A stretch of DNA of 64,000 nt from an uncultured Bacteroidales bacterium (GCA_963761195.1 CAVXGA010000018.1:7285-71284); one strand, 5' to 3'. Shown: positions 52,253 through 62,038, numbered from the stretch's first letter. Notes: a model not told the origin generated them from the letters alone. Numbers and translations are program-made.

Positions 52253-53618
52253 GAACGGATGCTTTTAAAAGAGTAAGAAAATCATGATTTAAAAAGTGGT
52301 TTTTATCAGACAGGCCTGTTGTATCAGATAAGTTTAAGTTCTTGTATTTTTTAAAAACAGACAAGGTCTCATAATAGGCAAGAAGGTACGGATAAGGCTC
52401 TTTATTTTTTTTGATGGTTTGAGAAAGTGCAACATTTACTTCATCTATTGTCCCGACACACTCAAAAGGCTTGTTTTGGCTCATCCCGATAAGCTCATTA
52501 AAATAGTCGGACAATGAAGGATCATTCAGTAAATCTTTTCCAAAAATATCGATCAGAACTTCTCTTTTAAGAAATGGAGAAAGTATGATATAGGTAAAAA
52601 GACATTTCGGACAGGTACCACACCAGGCATCCGTTTTACTGCCAACATTGCAACTTTTAAAAACATCGAAATAATGCGGAAATCCTGAAAATATTGAAGC
52701 AATAGATAATTCATTGACCGGCCTGAGAAAACTGAAATAGCTTATCGACCGTGTAATATTCGCCTCAGTATATTCTCTGAAATCTTTCTCAAATTCATAT
52801 GATTTTGAGTACTGATGATTTACTCCAGAAACTGGATGAGTTGGCTCATTGGCGCTTGATTCATTGGAAAGGGCGATATATTTACTTCCCGAAATAAAAG
52901 CTGCCATCAGGCTTACAAACGCAAGCAGTGCTGAAAACGGTGTGTGCCCGTTTAAAAATCCCCTGTCATTTAATTGCAATAATAAGGGATCTATCGTTCT
53001 ATCAATTTCAAAAACTGCGTCTTTTGAAAATCCCGCAACCCTTGTAGTTTCTATGCTTGCTCTTCGTGGATTCAAAATAAGGGGAATTATTTTATAGTGA
53101 CTTTTCAACAATTCAAGCGTAACTATTGAATCTTTTCCACCACCGACAGGAACTATTACTTGCCGTTTATCCGTTGAATTACTTGAAAATTTTAATTCTT
53201 TATCAGATTCGGATATTATTTCTACAAAATCATCAATCCTTGCAGGAATCTTATTCATGTAAAAAAATTCGCCCAAACCATTGTAGTATACTTTTTTCCA
53301 CCATTCAACCTGAGCCGAATTAAGTCGAAATGGCTTTATTATTATTTTGGGTGGACAAGCTGCTTTCCAATAACTGATCAATTCGATCATTCCGATATTA
53401 AAAGCGAATGTTTCAAGCTCCTGAGCGGTATAGAATGGATATGGATACGCACGTTTATGAAACTCAAGGGATGGATTGAAAAAATATTTATCTCCAAGAT
53501 TAAAATTATAAACAATACGTACCTTATCGCTGTTATCAATAACAGAATAACCATCAAATATAAAGTATTTGTATTCGGTTGATAGTTGTTTGTATTTTTT
53601 ATAATTATTTTTAATCAC
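52233..53618 (-). CDS. murL: MurL-like UDP-MurNAc-L-Ala-L-Glu epimerase
   Basis: ISYWKA, PP-loop-like VGGGKDS, NGHTPFSA, SNE.SA.E, VNHQYSKS, SCN, WCG.CPKCLF, KPFECVG; overlaps the murD-like gene. Confidence 0.82.
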   Translation of the reverse strand: MIKNNYKKYKQLSTEYKYFIFDGYSVIDNSDKVRIVYNFNLGDKYFFNPSLEFHKRAYPYPFYTAQELETFAFNIGMIELISYWKAACPPKIIIKPFRLNSAQVEWWKKVYYNGLGEFFYMNKIPARIDDFVEIISESDKELKFSSNSTDKRQVIVPVGGGKDSIVTLELLKSHYKIIPLILNPRRASIETTRVAGFSKDAVFEIDRTIDPLLLQLNDRGFLNGHTPFSALLAFVSLMAAFISGSKYIALSNESSANEPTHPVSGVNHQYSKSYEFEKDFREYTEANITRSISYFSFLRPVNELSIASIFSGFPHYFDVFKSCNVGSKTDAWCGTCPKCLFTYIILSPFLKREVLIDIFGKDLLNDPSLSDYFNELIGMSQNKPFECVGTIDEVNVALSQTIKKNKEPYPYLLAYYETLSVFKKYKNLNLSDTTGLSDKNHFLNHDFLTLLKASVHGRTNS

Positions 53619-53706
53619 TTTTTTGCAATGGTATTATTTTTGCAAGGGTTTAAAGGATTGCTATTTATTGTAATCCGGTGCAAATGAACAAAAAAAATTG
53701 CTGAAA

Positions 53707-54297
53707 ATGACAGATATAAATGACATACTCAAAATAAGAACCAACAATGTAAAACCTGCAAAAGGGAAAATACTTATATCAGAACCATTTTTAATGGATT
53801 ATTATTTCAAGAGATCAGTAGTTTTACTAGCAGAGCATAATGCAGATGGTTCATTTGGTTTAATCCTTAATAAACCTGTTAATCTATTGTTAAGCGATAT
53901 CTTGCAGGATTTCCCAGCATTTGAAGCACCGATTTTTTTGGGTGGACCCGTTAAAACAGATAGTTTGTTTTATATCCATACGCTTGGAAATATGATTGAA
54001 AACAGTATGGAAATCTCAAAAGGATTATTCTGGGGTGGAGATATTGAATTGGTAAAAGAACTTATTACAATTGGAAAAATTGAACCGGAAGAAATTAAGT
54101 TTTTTGTCGGCTATGCCGGATGGGTACCCAAACAACTCGATGGAGAACTTAAAAGGAATTCCTGGCTGGTAAGCAATATAAGAGCCAGACAAGTTATGGA
54201 AATAAATTCGGAAGCACTTTGGATTGAATCGTTGCGTAAACTTGGAGGTGATTATTCATATTGGATCAATTTCCCATCTGATCCGGCATTAAATTAA
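53707..54297 (+). CDS. YqgE/AlgH family protein
   Basis: F.RSVVLL.EH, GLILNKP, GGPV, FF.GYAGW..QL..E, SWL, P.DP.LN. Confidence 0.92.
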   Translation: MTDINDILKIRTNNVKPAKGKILISEPFLMDYYFKRSVVLLAEHNADGSFGLILNKPVNLLLSDILQDFPAFEAPIFLGGPVKTDSLFYIHTLGNMIENSMEISKGLFWGGDIELVKELITIGKIEPEEIKFFVGYAGWVPKQLDGELKRNSWLVSNIRARQVMEINSEALWIESLRKLGGDYSYWINFPSDPALN

Positions 54298-54347
54298 ATG
54301 CTAGTTTGCTCTTAGTCAAAATCATTAAATTTCATAGCTGAAATCAA

Positions 54348-54572
54348 TCAGGCAAAAATCTGGTTTCTTGTAAACCGGATTATTTTATTGGCAACCCACA
54401 CATCTATGTCATGGTTAACTTTCATAACGAAACCGTGAAGTTTATTATCTCCCAAATAAACATGGCAAGAGTCTCCCACTTTCAGATTTTTTCGTTTCTG
54501 ATTGGTTCGAAATATATGCAAAATAATATACATCGAATAAATAAGAAATAATATGCCGATTGTTATATACAT
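54348..54572 (-). CDS. Small membrane-anchored hypothetical protein
   Basis: 74 aa: N-terminal TM, then a basic segment and LKVGD plus beta strands (YajC/SH3-like pattern). Confidence 0.55.
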   Translation of the reverse strand: MYITIGILFLIYSMYIILHIFRTNQKRKNLKVGDSCHVYLGDNKLHGFVMKVNHDIDVWVANKIIRFTRNQIFA

Positions 54573-54811
54573 CTTACTGATAATCAGCCTGTAAATCCAC
54601 CTGAGAAATTAACGTATAAAATTACTTAAATATTTCTTTATATCGAATTTTTGATATGGCATTTATTATTAATTGTTAACATTGACGGACATTAAAATAT
54701 CTTTAAAAATCAATTAATTTTACTCGATTCAGTTTAGATAGTTACTCTGCTGATTTTTTGAATTTTAGAATTATAATTATACTGGTGAAATTAACAACGT
54801 AAACTTTAATT

Positions 54812-55801
54812 ATGAATCACATAGCAAAGAAAAATCGCTACCTCCAAATGATGTACAGGAGATGCGGTAATTCAGGATTACTTTTGCCCGAAATTTCCCT
54901 CGGGTTATGGCATAATTTCGGTAACGGTGACGATCCCGAAATTGCGAAGAAATTAATACTTACTGCCTTTGATTCCGGAATTTCTCATTTTGATATAGCC
55001 AATAATTATGGTCCACCACCCGGCTCAGCAGAGGAAAATTTTGGTAAAATTTTTAATCAGGAACTCAAACATTATCGTGATGAAATCATCATTTCAACGA
55101 AGGCTGGTTATTATATGTGGGAAGGTCCTTACGGAGAAGGAGGCAGCAGAAAGTACCTTGTATCAAGCCTTGATCAGTCGTTAAAAAGATTAAAACTGGA
55201 TTATGTTGATATTTTTTATTCGCATCGGTTCGATCCTCAAACCGACATTGAAGAAACGTTATATACCCTCGACAGCATTGTCAGACAAGGAAAAGCAATC
55301 TATGCCGGGATTTCAAATTATCCCCCTGAACAAACGGAAACAGCAATTCGCTTTTTCAAAGAATTAAAAACACCTTTTGTAATTCACCAGGTTAAGTATT
55401 CAATATTGAATAGAAAAATTGAAAAAGGATTGATCGAAGTCCTTGAAAAATACAATAAGGGATGCATCGTTTATTCTCCCCTCGCTCAGGGCTTGCTTTC
55501 AAATAAATATCTTAACGGTATTCCCGAAAATTCCAGGGCGGCTAAATCAACCGGTTTTCTGAGAAAGGATCAGGTCACAGAGGAAGTTCTTAGCAAAGTC
55601 AGAAAACTGAACGATATTGCAGAAAGCAGAGGGCAAAGCCTGGCTCAAATGGCCATTTCCTGGATATTGCGATTGAATCCTATTACATCAGTACTTTTAG
55701 GCGCCAGTAGTGTTAGCCAATTAGAAGAAAATATTAAATCGCTTGAAAAAAAGTCATTTACTGATGAAGAACTTTCAACTATTGATGAAATAGTAAATTA
55801 A
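54812..55801 (+). CDS. Aldo/keto reductase (YghZ/L-glyceraldehyde-3-phosphate reductase-like)
   Basis: SLGLWHNFG, FDIANNYGPPPGSAE, STKAGY.MW.GPYG, DYVDIFYSHR, SPLAQGLL. Confidence 0.93.
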   Translation: MNHIAKKNRYLQMMYRRCGNSGLLLPEISLGLWHNFGNGDDPEIAKKLILTAFDSGISHFDIANNYGPPPGSAEENFGKIFNQELKHYRDEIIISTKAGYYMWEGPYGEGGSRKYLVSSLDQSLKRLKLDYVDIFYSHRFDPQTDIEETLYTLDSIVRQGKAIYAGISNYPPEQTETAIRFFKELKTPFVIHQVKYSILNRKIEKGLIEVLEKYNKGCIVYSPLAQGLLSNKYLNGIPENSRAAKSTGFLRKDQVTEEVLSKVRKLNDIAESRGQSLAQMAISWILRLNPITSVLLGASSVSQLEENIKSLEKKSFTDEELSTIDEIVN

Positions 55802-55862
55802 TAACATTTTGCTTTAACAATTGAATATAAATAGATTCTCCATCATCTTAATAACTATAATC

Positions 55863-56351
55863 ATGAAAACAATTTTGACATTCTTAGTTCTTTCACTATT
55901 AGTAATCAGTTGCACACAAATTACCAATGATAAGAAAATTGCGTCCACACAACCGGATGAAATAAATGGTTACGATTCGCTGCTTGCCTCTAAATTAGGC
56001 GCCGATGAGTACGGTATGAAGCAATATGTGATGGCATTTTTAAAATCAGGACCGGAACAAAGCCAGGATTCAGCAACCCGAAGGAAAATTCAGCGCGCTC
56101 ACTTGGACAATATTACGCGTTTAGCTGCAGAAGGAAAATTGATTGTTGCAGGTCCTTTTCTTGATGACACGGAAATCAGGGGAATTTTTATTTTCAATGT
56201 CTCCACATTGGAAGAAGCAAGAGAATTAACCAATTCCGACCCTGCAGTACAGTCAGGCCGGCTGGTAATGGAATTACATCCCTGGTATGGATCAGCCGCG
56301 TTAATTCAGGTCAATCAAATTCATAACAAAATTGCAAAAATGAAAATATGA
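55863..56351 (+). CDS. YciI-family lipoprotein
   Basis: ISC lipobox; GADEYGMK.YV.AFLK.GP, AHL, AGPF, DPAV..GRL..E..PW. Confidence 0.85.
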   Translation: MKTILTFLVLSLLVISCTQITNDKKIASTQPDEINGYDSLLASKLGADEYGMKQYVMAFLKSGPEQSQDSATRRKIQRAHLDNITRLAAEGKLIVAGPFLDDTEIRGIFIFNVSTLEEARELTNSDPAVQSGRLVMELHPWYGSAALIQVNQIHNKIAKMKI

Positions 56352-56501
56352 AACAAAGCTGATTACGAAAACTCTTGTAAGAAATTTCTAAATTAATCCC
56401 TTAGGATTTAATCTGAGTTCTCAATCGCTCCTTCATGATTTTAGTATTAAAACATTTCTTACCGATAAAGCTTTAAATCCATTTTTTAGTAATTTTGACA
56501 G

Positions 56502-56681
56502 ATGAAAAAAATCGACAAAATCAAAAGGCAATGGTACGAGATTTCTATGAAAATTATTGAAATAGAATCTAAATCATCCATAAAAGGGTTGTCGAAAAAT
56601 GAAGCAAAAGAGCTTTCCATTCTAAAGGAAAAGGAAATAGAGTTGAGTAGGAAAATGAATACTTTTCCCCAAAACCAATAA
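56502..56681 (+). CDS. Unlisted 59-aa helical hypothetical protein
   Basis: ATG 56502 to TAA 56681 (MKKIDKIKRQWYEISMK...FPQNQ); TAATTTTG at 56490-56497; ends 3 nt before the DUF302 start. Confidence 0.55.
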   Translation: MKKIDKIKRQWYEISMKIIEIESKSSIKGLSKNEAKELSILKEKEIELSRKMNTFPQNQ

Positions 56682-56684
56682 TAA

Positions 56685-57070
56685 ATGAAATATTATCTGA
56701 GCAAACTTGTAAAGGGTGAGTTTATGGATATGATAAGTCAGGTAACATCTCTTCTGAATGAAGAAGGATTTGGGATTTTATCTGAAATCAATGTTCAGGA
56801 TACTCTGAAAAAAAGCTGGATATCGATTATAAGAAATACACAATTCTCGGAACTTGCAACCCACATCTTGCCATCCGGGCTTTTCAGGCTGAAGACAAAA
56901 TCGGAACTTTGTTGCCGTGCAATGTAGTATTGATAGAACAGGAAAATAATATGGTTGAAGTTGCTATTATGAATCCAGTAAAACAGATGGCGCACATTGG
57001 TAATCCTGAACTTGAAGTCCTTGCAATAGAGGTATATGAAATAATGAGCCGAATCCTCGCAAAACTTTAA
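56685..57070 (+). pseudogene. DUF302 family protein, frameshifted in the A-run at 56808-56814
   Basis: GFGILSEINVQ.TLKK; adding one A gives KLDIDY..YTILGTCNP...IGTLLPCNVV...ILAKL*. Confidence 0.85.
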
Positions 57071-57121
57071 TTCCTTTTTTTTGTCTTTTGGAAAATCACT
57101 AAGAACAAATTTAATCTTGCT

Positions 57122-58657
57122 CTAATCGTTATATTCTTTCTCATTGAAAACGATGGCCTGATAGGTATAAATTTCCGCATCTTTCCATCCATCCCATCCC
57201 AATCCGGCCTTATCACGGGAACAATGACCTAAAAATTCCTCCAATGTCCATCCAGTTTCATTTGCAACTTGTGGTAAAAATGTCCCTGTATTGTTACCTT
57301 TTTTAATATAAATTCCATCTATTCCGAGCTTGATCTGAGCAACTGAATCAATTTTTTGCATGGGAGACAACACGGAGATTTCAATTTCTATATCGCTGAT
57401 TTCATTTTGCTTTACAGGAGTAAAACGCGTATCCTGGGTTGCTGATGCAATGGTCATCTGTTGAACAACTTTATATAACGGATCATTTGCGTCAAACCTT
57501 CCAATGCATCCCCGAAGTTCTTTATTTTTTTTAAGTGTTACAAAGGCCCCACATGGAATTTTTAAGTTTTCGGAAAAGGAATTGATATTCAAAGCCGGAA
57601 CCTGATTATCAGAAATAAATTGGACAAGAGTTGCCCGTGCGACATCAAGTAAATCTTTTTTATCCTTTTCTGTAAGATTAAAATCAGTAGTCATAAGCGA
57701 CAAATTTTTTTTAGTAACCACTATTGCGTTATAACCGACAACTTTCGATTTGTCGCCAGATTCAGAGTCTCCGGAATTTTCATAAGCAACCAAACCATAT
57801 TCAAGATCCGGTTGTCCTTCTGTTAAATCGAGCAACGTCAGAATGGAAGTCCAGCCACAGGCACGAGTCGCGAGGTTCGGAATATTTTTATTTGTGGGAT
57901 CATTAATTGCAGACAAAAATTTTAGAGACGAATTTGAAAGGATTGCATTTGCGGTGTTTTTATCAATTTTTACAGCATCTGCGTAAGAAGGGTAATGTGA
58001 AAAATCGGAACTTATCACGAAAAGGTTATTTCCGTCAAAATAAGGCTTAAGGACTTTGGCAATTTCCTTACAAACTTCAGGCGATTGCGTGCCGAGAATT
58101 ACAGGCACTATTTTTAAATCACTCTGAAGTATGTATTGTAGAAAAGGTACCTGAACTTCTATGGTATGCTCGTTAATTTCAGCTTCCGGAAAGAAGGAGA
58201 AATAATCGCTCTCACCAATTAGTTTTTTTGCAAGTTCAACGTTGACCTTGACTTTGCCCAGGGGCGTGACATAATTCCCTGCTGAATACACAGAAGCTCC
58301 ATCAAAATAAATTCTGTGGCTTGAACCGATAATAAATACATTGTCATATGCTTTTGTTCTGTCAATCTGGTTGTACCCTGACGCTGCAATAATTCCAGAA
58401 AAAACATAACCTGCATGTGGAACAATCACTGCCTTTACATTTTTGTATTCTCGGGGTCTGGCTTTACCAAACAAATCTTTTAGCATGTTCTGCAGGTTCT
58501 CTTTATCCGAAGGATAGAATTGTCCAGCTACAACGGGTTGCCTGTCAACATCTTGATTCTCCTTTTCTGTATTAATTTTTCGGTTTTGCGCAGTGCAATC
58601 CGTAAATAATAAAACAATTAAACTAAGAATCGAAAAAATAAATTTTTCACCTCTCAT
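57122..58657 (-). CDS. AmmeMemoRadiSam protein B (Memo)-protein A (AMMECR1) fusion with N-terminal signal peptide
   Basis: R.P.VAG.FYP, VPHAGYVFSG, GSSH, EH.IEVQ.PFLQ, SSDFSHY, ACG, VVGY; then GAFVTL...LRGCIG, D.RF, EISVLSP, TFLPQVA. Confidence 0.93.
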   Translation of the reverse strand: MRGEKFIFSILSLIVLLFTDCTAQNRKINTEKENQDVDRQPVVAGQFYPSDKENLQNMLKDLFGKARPREYKNVKAVIVPHAGYVFSGIIAASGYNQIDRTKAYDNVFIIGSSHRIYFDGASVYSAGNYVTPLGKVKVNVELAKKLIGESDYFSFFPEAEINEHTIEVQVPFLQYILQSDLKIVPVILGTQSPEVCKEIAKVLKPYFDGNNLFVISSDFSHYPSYADAVKIDKNTANAILSNSSLKFLSAINDPTNKNIPNLATRACGWTSILTLLDLTEGQPDLEYGLVAYENSGDSESGDKSKVVGYNAIVVTKKNLSLMTTDFNLTEKDKKDLLDVARATLVQFISDNQVPALNINSFSENLKIPCGAFVTLKKNKELRGCIGRFDANDPLYKVVQQMTIASATQDTRFTPVKQNEISDIEIEISVLSPMQKIDSVAQIKLGIDGIYIKKGNNTGTFLPQVANETGWTLEEFLGHCSRDKAGLGWDGWKDAEIYTYQAIVFNEKEYND

Positions 58658-58696
58658 TATTTAATTAAATTTGAATTGTTATTACAAAGTTAGAAA

Positions 58697-60844
58697 ATGT
58701 TCAGCAAAACTGAAACAAGCCTGAAATTTTCAATTTTTATTTTAGGATTTACTGCCATTATTACCCAGGTAATTCTGTTGCGTGAATTCCTGTCTGTTTT
58801 CTATGGCAACGAATTAGTTATCGGGATTATTCTTGCAAACTGGATGTTACTGACAAGCCTGGGTGCTTATTTGGGTAAATTTTTTAATAATGTCAAAGAG
58901 AAATTAAACGTCATTGTTCCATCACAATTGCTATTGGGTATCCTTCCACTGCTAATTGTATTTGCCATACATTATTTAAAGAATAGATTATTACCTCCCG
59001 GTAAATTAGTCAGTTTAAATGAAATAGTTATCAGTTCCTTGATTCTTTTATCTCTTTTCTGTATTATTTCTGGAGCCTTATTTACTATTTTCAGTGTCTG
59101 GTTTTCTGGTACTGTTCATTTGAACAGCATCGATAAAGTATATTCATGGGAAGCAGTTGGAGGAATACTTGGCGGACTGCTTGTAAATCTATTGTTATTT
59201 CTTACGATAAGTACGTTTTACTGCCTTACGATCCTTATCATGATCAATTACCTTGCAGCAAGCCATTTACTTTATATTTCCGGAAGAAAAAGTTTGTCAG
59301 TTATATTTTCGGTTCTTGCCGTATTTTTCACAACATTTATACTCATAAGTGATATCAATTCAAGTTCCATACAATTTTTATATCCCGGACAAGAAGTTAT
59401 TTATTCAAAAGACACACCTTACGGGAACTTGGCAGTTACGAAATATGCGAATCAATTTAATTTCTATGAAAATGGGATTCCGCTGTTTTCGTCCGATAAT
59501 ACGATATCAAATGAAGAGAGTGTCCACTATGCAATGGTTCAGCATGCCAATCCGCATTCCATATTATTGATTTCAGGTGGGATATCCGGGACATTAAAGG
59601 AAATTTTAAAATATCCTGTCGAGTCAGTCGATTACTTGGAAATAAATCCGGCACTGATTGAAATTGGGAAAAATTATACAAGTAATATCCTGAATGATAA
59701 CAGGATAAGAATAATAAATGAAGACGCAAGGCTTTATATTAAGAAAACACACAAAAAGTATGACATTGTGTTAATTAACCTTCCTGATCCCAGCAATGCT
59801 GAAATCAACAGGTATTACACATTGGAGTTTTTTGAAGAATTAAAGAAGCATTTAAATAAATTTGCTGTAATCTCAACCAGCCTTATGCCAACCAATAATT
59901 ATGTAAGCGAAGTTGCTGCAGAAATCCATTCTTCTCTTTATTCAACGCTAAAGCTTCTTTTTCAGAATGTAATTATTATTCCGGGTGGAAGAAATTACTT
60001 CTTAGCCTCGGAACGATATCTTTCTTACAACATAACTCAGTTAATAGAATCAAAAGCCATTTCGACGGAATATGTTAATATTTACTATCTCAATGACGAT
60101 AAAATTAAACAAGAGAGTTTGATGATTGAAGATGCAATTTCAAAAAAAATTGAAATAAATTATGATTTAAAACCTACTACATATTTACTTCAGTTAAAAC
60201 TTTGGCTGAATCAATTCACGGAGAGTTACATACCCGTCGGCTTACTATTAATGTTACCATTGATAATTATCTTCCTTAAATTCAATATTTTTAGTACGGG
60301 TCTTTTTGTAACCGGGTTTTCTTCTTTATCCCTCGAAGTCATCATCATAATTGCTTTTCAGGTAATATACGGTTATGTATTTCAAATGCTTGGATTGATC
60401 ATTGCCTTTTTTATGGCGGGTTTGGCAATCGGCTCCTATTACTTTATCAAAAAACTAAATTATAATTTCAGAAGTTTTAGTTTAAATCAATATCTGATTG
60501 GCATTTTTGCGTTATTATTGCCATTGTTTATTGTTGAGCTAAGCCATTTTAGTGAAAATTATCTTTTCATAAACTTTGTTTTCATCGTTCTGATTTTAAT
60601 CATAGGCATTATTACAGGTGTTCAATTCGCACTTACCACAAAAATCAGGAATTCAGATATTTCCACCATTGCATCTGAATCATATAGTTCGGAGTTATTG
60701 GGTTCAGCTTTAGGTGCTTTGGTAGTTACCACATTTCTAATCCCTTATTTCGGAATTATTAAAGTTTCACTTATGATTGGAATTGTAAATATTGTAACGG
60801 GTCTCTTAATATTACTTAGCAAAAAAGATCGTTTATCTATGTAG
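58697..60844 (+). CDS. Fused membrane (MFS-like)/spermidine-synthase-like SAM-dependent transferase
   Basis: About 7 N-terminal TMs; soluble domain with EESVH, ILLISGG, YLEINP, EDAR.YI, NLPDP, RYYT.EFF; about 6 C-terminal TMs. Confidence 0.85.
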   Translation: MFSKTETSLKFSIFILGFTAIITQVILLREFLSVFYGNELVIGIILANWMLLTSLGAYLGKFFNNVKEKLNVIVPSQLLLGILPLLIVFAIHYLKNRLLPPGKLVSLNEIVISSLILLSLFCIISGALFTIFSVWFSGTVHLNSIDKVYSWEAVGGILGGLLVNLLLFLTISTFYCLTILIMINYLAASHLLYISGRKSLSVIFSVLAVFFTTFILISDINSSSIQFLYPGQEVIYSKDTPYGNLAVTKYANQFNFYENGIPLFSSDNTISNEESVHYAMVQHANPHSILLISGGISGTLKEILKYPVESVDYLEINPALIEIGKNYTSNILNDNRIRIINEDARLYIKKTHKKYDIVLINLPDPSNAEINRYYTLEFFEELKKHLNKFAVISTSLMPTNNYVSEVAAEIHSSLYSTLKLLFQNVIIIPGGRNYFLASERYLSYNITQLIESKAISTEYVNIYYLNDDKIKQESLMIEDAISKKIEINYDLKPTTYLLQLKLWLNQFTESYIPVGLLLMLPLIIIFLKFNIFSTGLFVTGFSSLSLEVIIIIAFQVIYGYVFQMLGLIIAFFMAGLAIGSYYFIKKLNYNFRSFSLNQYLIGIFALLLPLFIVELSHFSENYLFINFVFIVLILIIGIITGVQFALTTKIRNSDISTIASESYSSELLGSALGALVVTTFLIPYFGIIKVSLMIGIVNIVTGLLILLSKKDRLSM

Positions 60845-60865
60845 TTATTTTCTACTCATATAAAG

Positions 60866-62038
60866 ATGAAGAATCAGGATTTAACGCTATCCAAAAGGGA
60901 ATTTATAAAAAGGAGTACCTTGGGTCTTGCAGCTTTAGGTTGCGGTTTTTGTAGTTTCAATACGGCATCCGAAGTAATTGGCTCAGATTTTTCGTTTGCA
61001 GATGTCCCTTATTCTGATAAGCTCGATAAATGGACACTTGAAGCAATGTATTATATCGAAACCCCAAAGGGGTTGAAATGTCTGATTTGCCCGAACGAAT
61101 GTAAAATGCTTGAAGGTGAAACAAGCGAATGCAAGACAAAAACAAATATTGATGGCAAACTTTACAGCATTGCTTACGGAAATCCATGTGCAGTGCATAT
61201 CGATCCGATTGAAAAGAAACCACTTTTCCATTTTTTACCTTCAACAAACGCTTATTCAATAGCCACGGCGGGTTGCAACCTGAAATGCTTAAATTGTCAG
61301 AACTGGGAAATATCTCAAACCAGTCCAAAAAAAACGAAGAACTACGACTTGCCTCCAAAATATGTTGTAGAAAAATGTATTGAAAATAAATGTCAATCTA
61401 TTGCATACACGTATTCTGATCCTGTTGCATATTATGAATATTGCCTCGATACAGCTAAACTTGCAAAAGGAAAAGGAATAAAAAATGTACTCGTATCAGC
61501 GGGCTATATCAATGAAAAACCCTTGCGGGAATTATGTAAATATATTGATGCTGCCAATATAGACCTGAAATCATTTTTGCAAGAGGATTATGAAATGCTT
61601 AATGCCGGCAAACTCGAGCCAGTTTTAGAAGCACTCAAAATAATTAAAGAAGAAGGCGTCTGGCTTGAAATAACCAATCTGGTAGTTCCAGGATGGACTG
61701 ATGATTTGGACATGATACGTGAAATGTGCAATTGGCTTGTAAATAATGGATTTCGGGACTATCCGCTTTTTTTTAGCAGATTTTTTCCGAAATACCAATT
61801 GGCTAATTTGGCTCCTACTCCGGTTTCTATTCTTTTGGATGCAAGAGAAATTGCAATGCAAGCCGGATTAAATTATGTATATGTCGGAAATGTTCCTGGT
61901 ACAAATGCCGAAAATACAATTTGTCCAGGTTGCAAAAATATAGTTATTGAAAGGAAGGGCTTCCAGATTATCACTAACAACCTGAACAACGGAATGTGTA
62001 AGTTTTGTGACACTAAAATTAATGGTATTTGGAATTGA
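60866..62038 (+). CDS. amrS: AmmeMemoRadiSam radical SAM enzyme with Tat-like N-terminus
   Basis: C..CP..C, DPIEKKPLFHF, GCNLKCLNCQNW (CxxxCxxC), AYTYSDP, AANIDLK, YVYVGN, C-terminal CPGC/CKFC. Confidence 0.94.
   Translation: MKNQDLTLSKREFIKRSTLGLAALGCGFCSFNTASEVIGSDFSFADVPYSDKLDKWTLEAMYYIETPKGLKCLICPNECKMLEGETSECKTKTNIDGKLYSIAYGNPCAVHIDPIEKKPLFHFLPSTNAYSIATAGCNLKCLNCQNWEISQTSPKKTKNYDLPPKYVVEKCIENKCQSIAYTYSDPVAYYEYCLDTAKLAKGKGIKNVLVSAGYINEKPLRELCKYIDAANIDLKSFLQEDYEMLNAGKLEPVLEALKIIKEEGVWLEITNLVVPGWTDDLDMIREMCNWLVNNGFRDYPLFFSRFFPKYQLANLAPTPVSILLDAREIAMQAGLNYVYVGNVPGTNAENTICPGCKNIVIERKGFQIITNNLNNGMCKFCDTKINGIWN

Noticed and set aside
56805-56818. A-AAA-AAG -1 frameshift signal in the DUF302 gene
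   Set aside because: The codon phase is AAA-AAA-AGC rather than A-AAA-AAG, and no clear stimulatory hairpin follows; a homopolymer error is more likely.
60842-60868. The TAG stop of the membrane transferase is in frame with amrS (21 nt spacer), suggesting a readthrough fusion
   Set aside because: About a one-in-three chance event; amrS has its own start and signal-like N-terminus.
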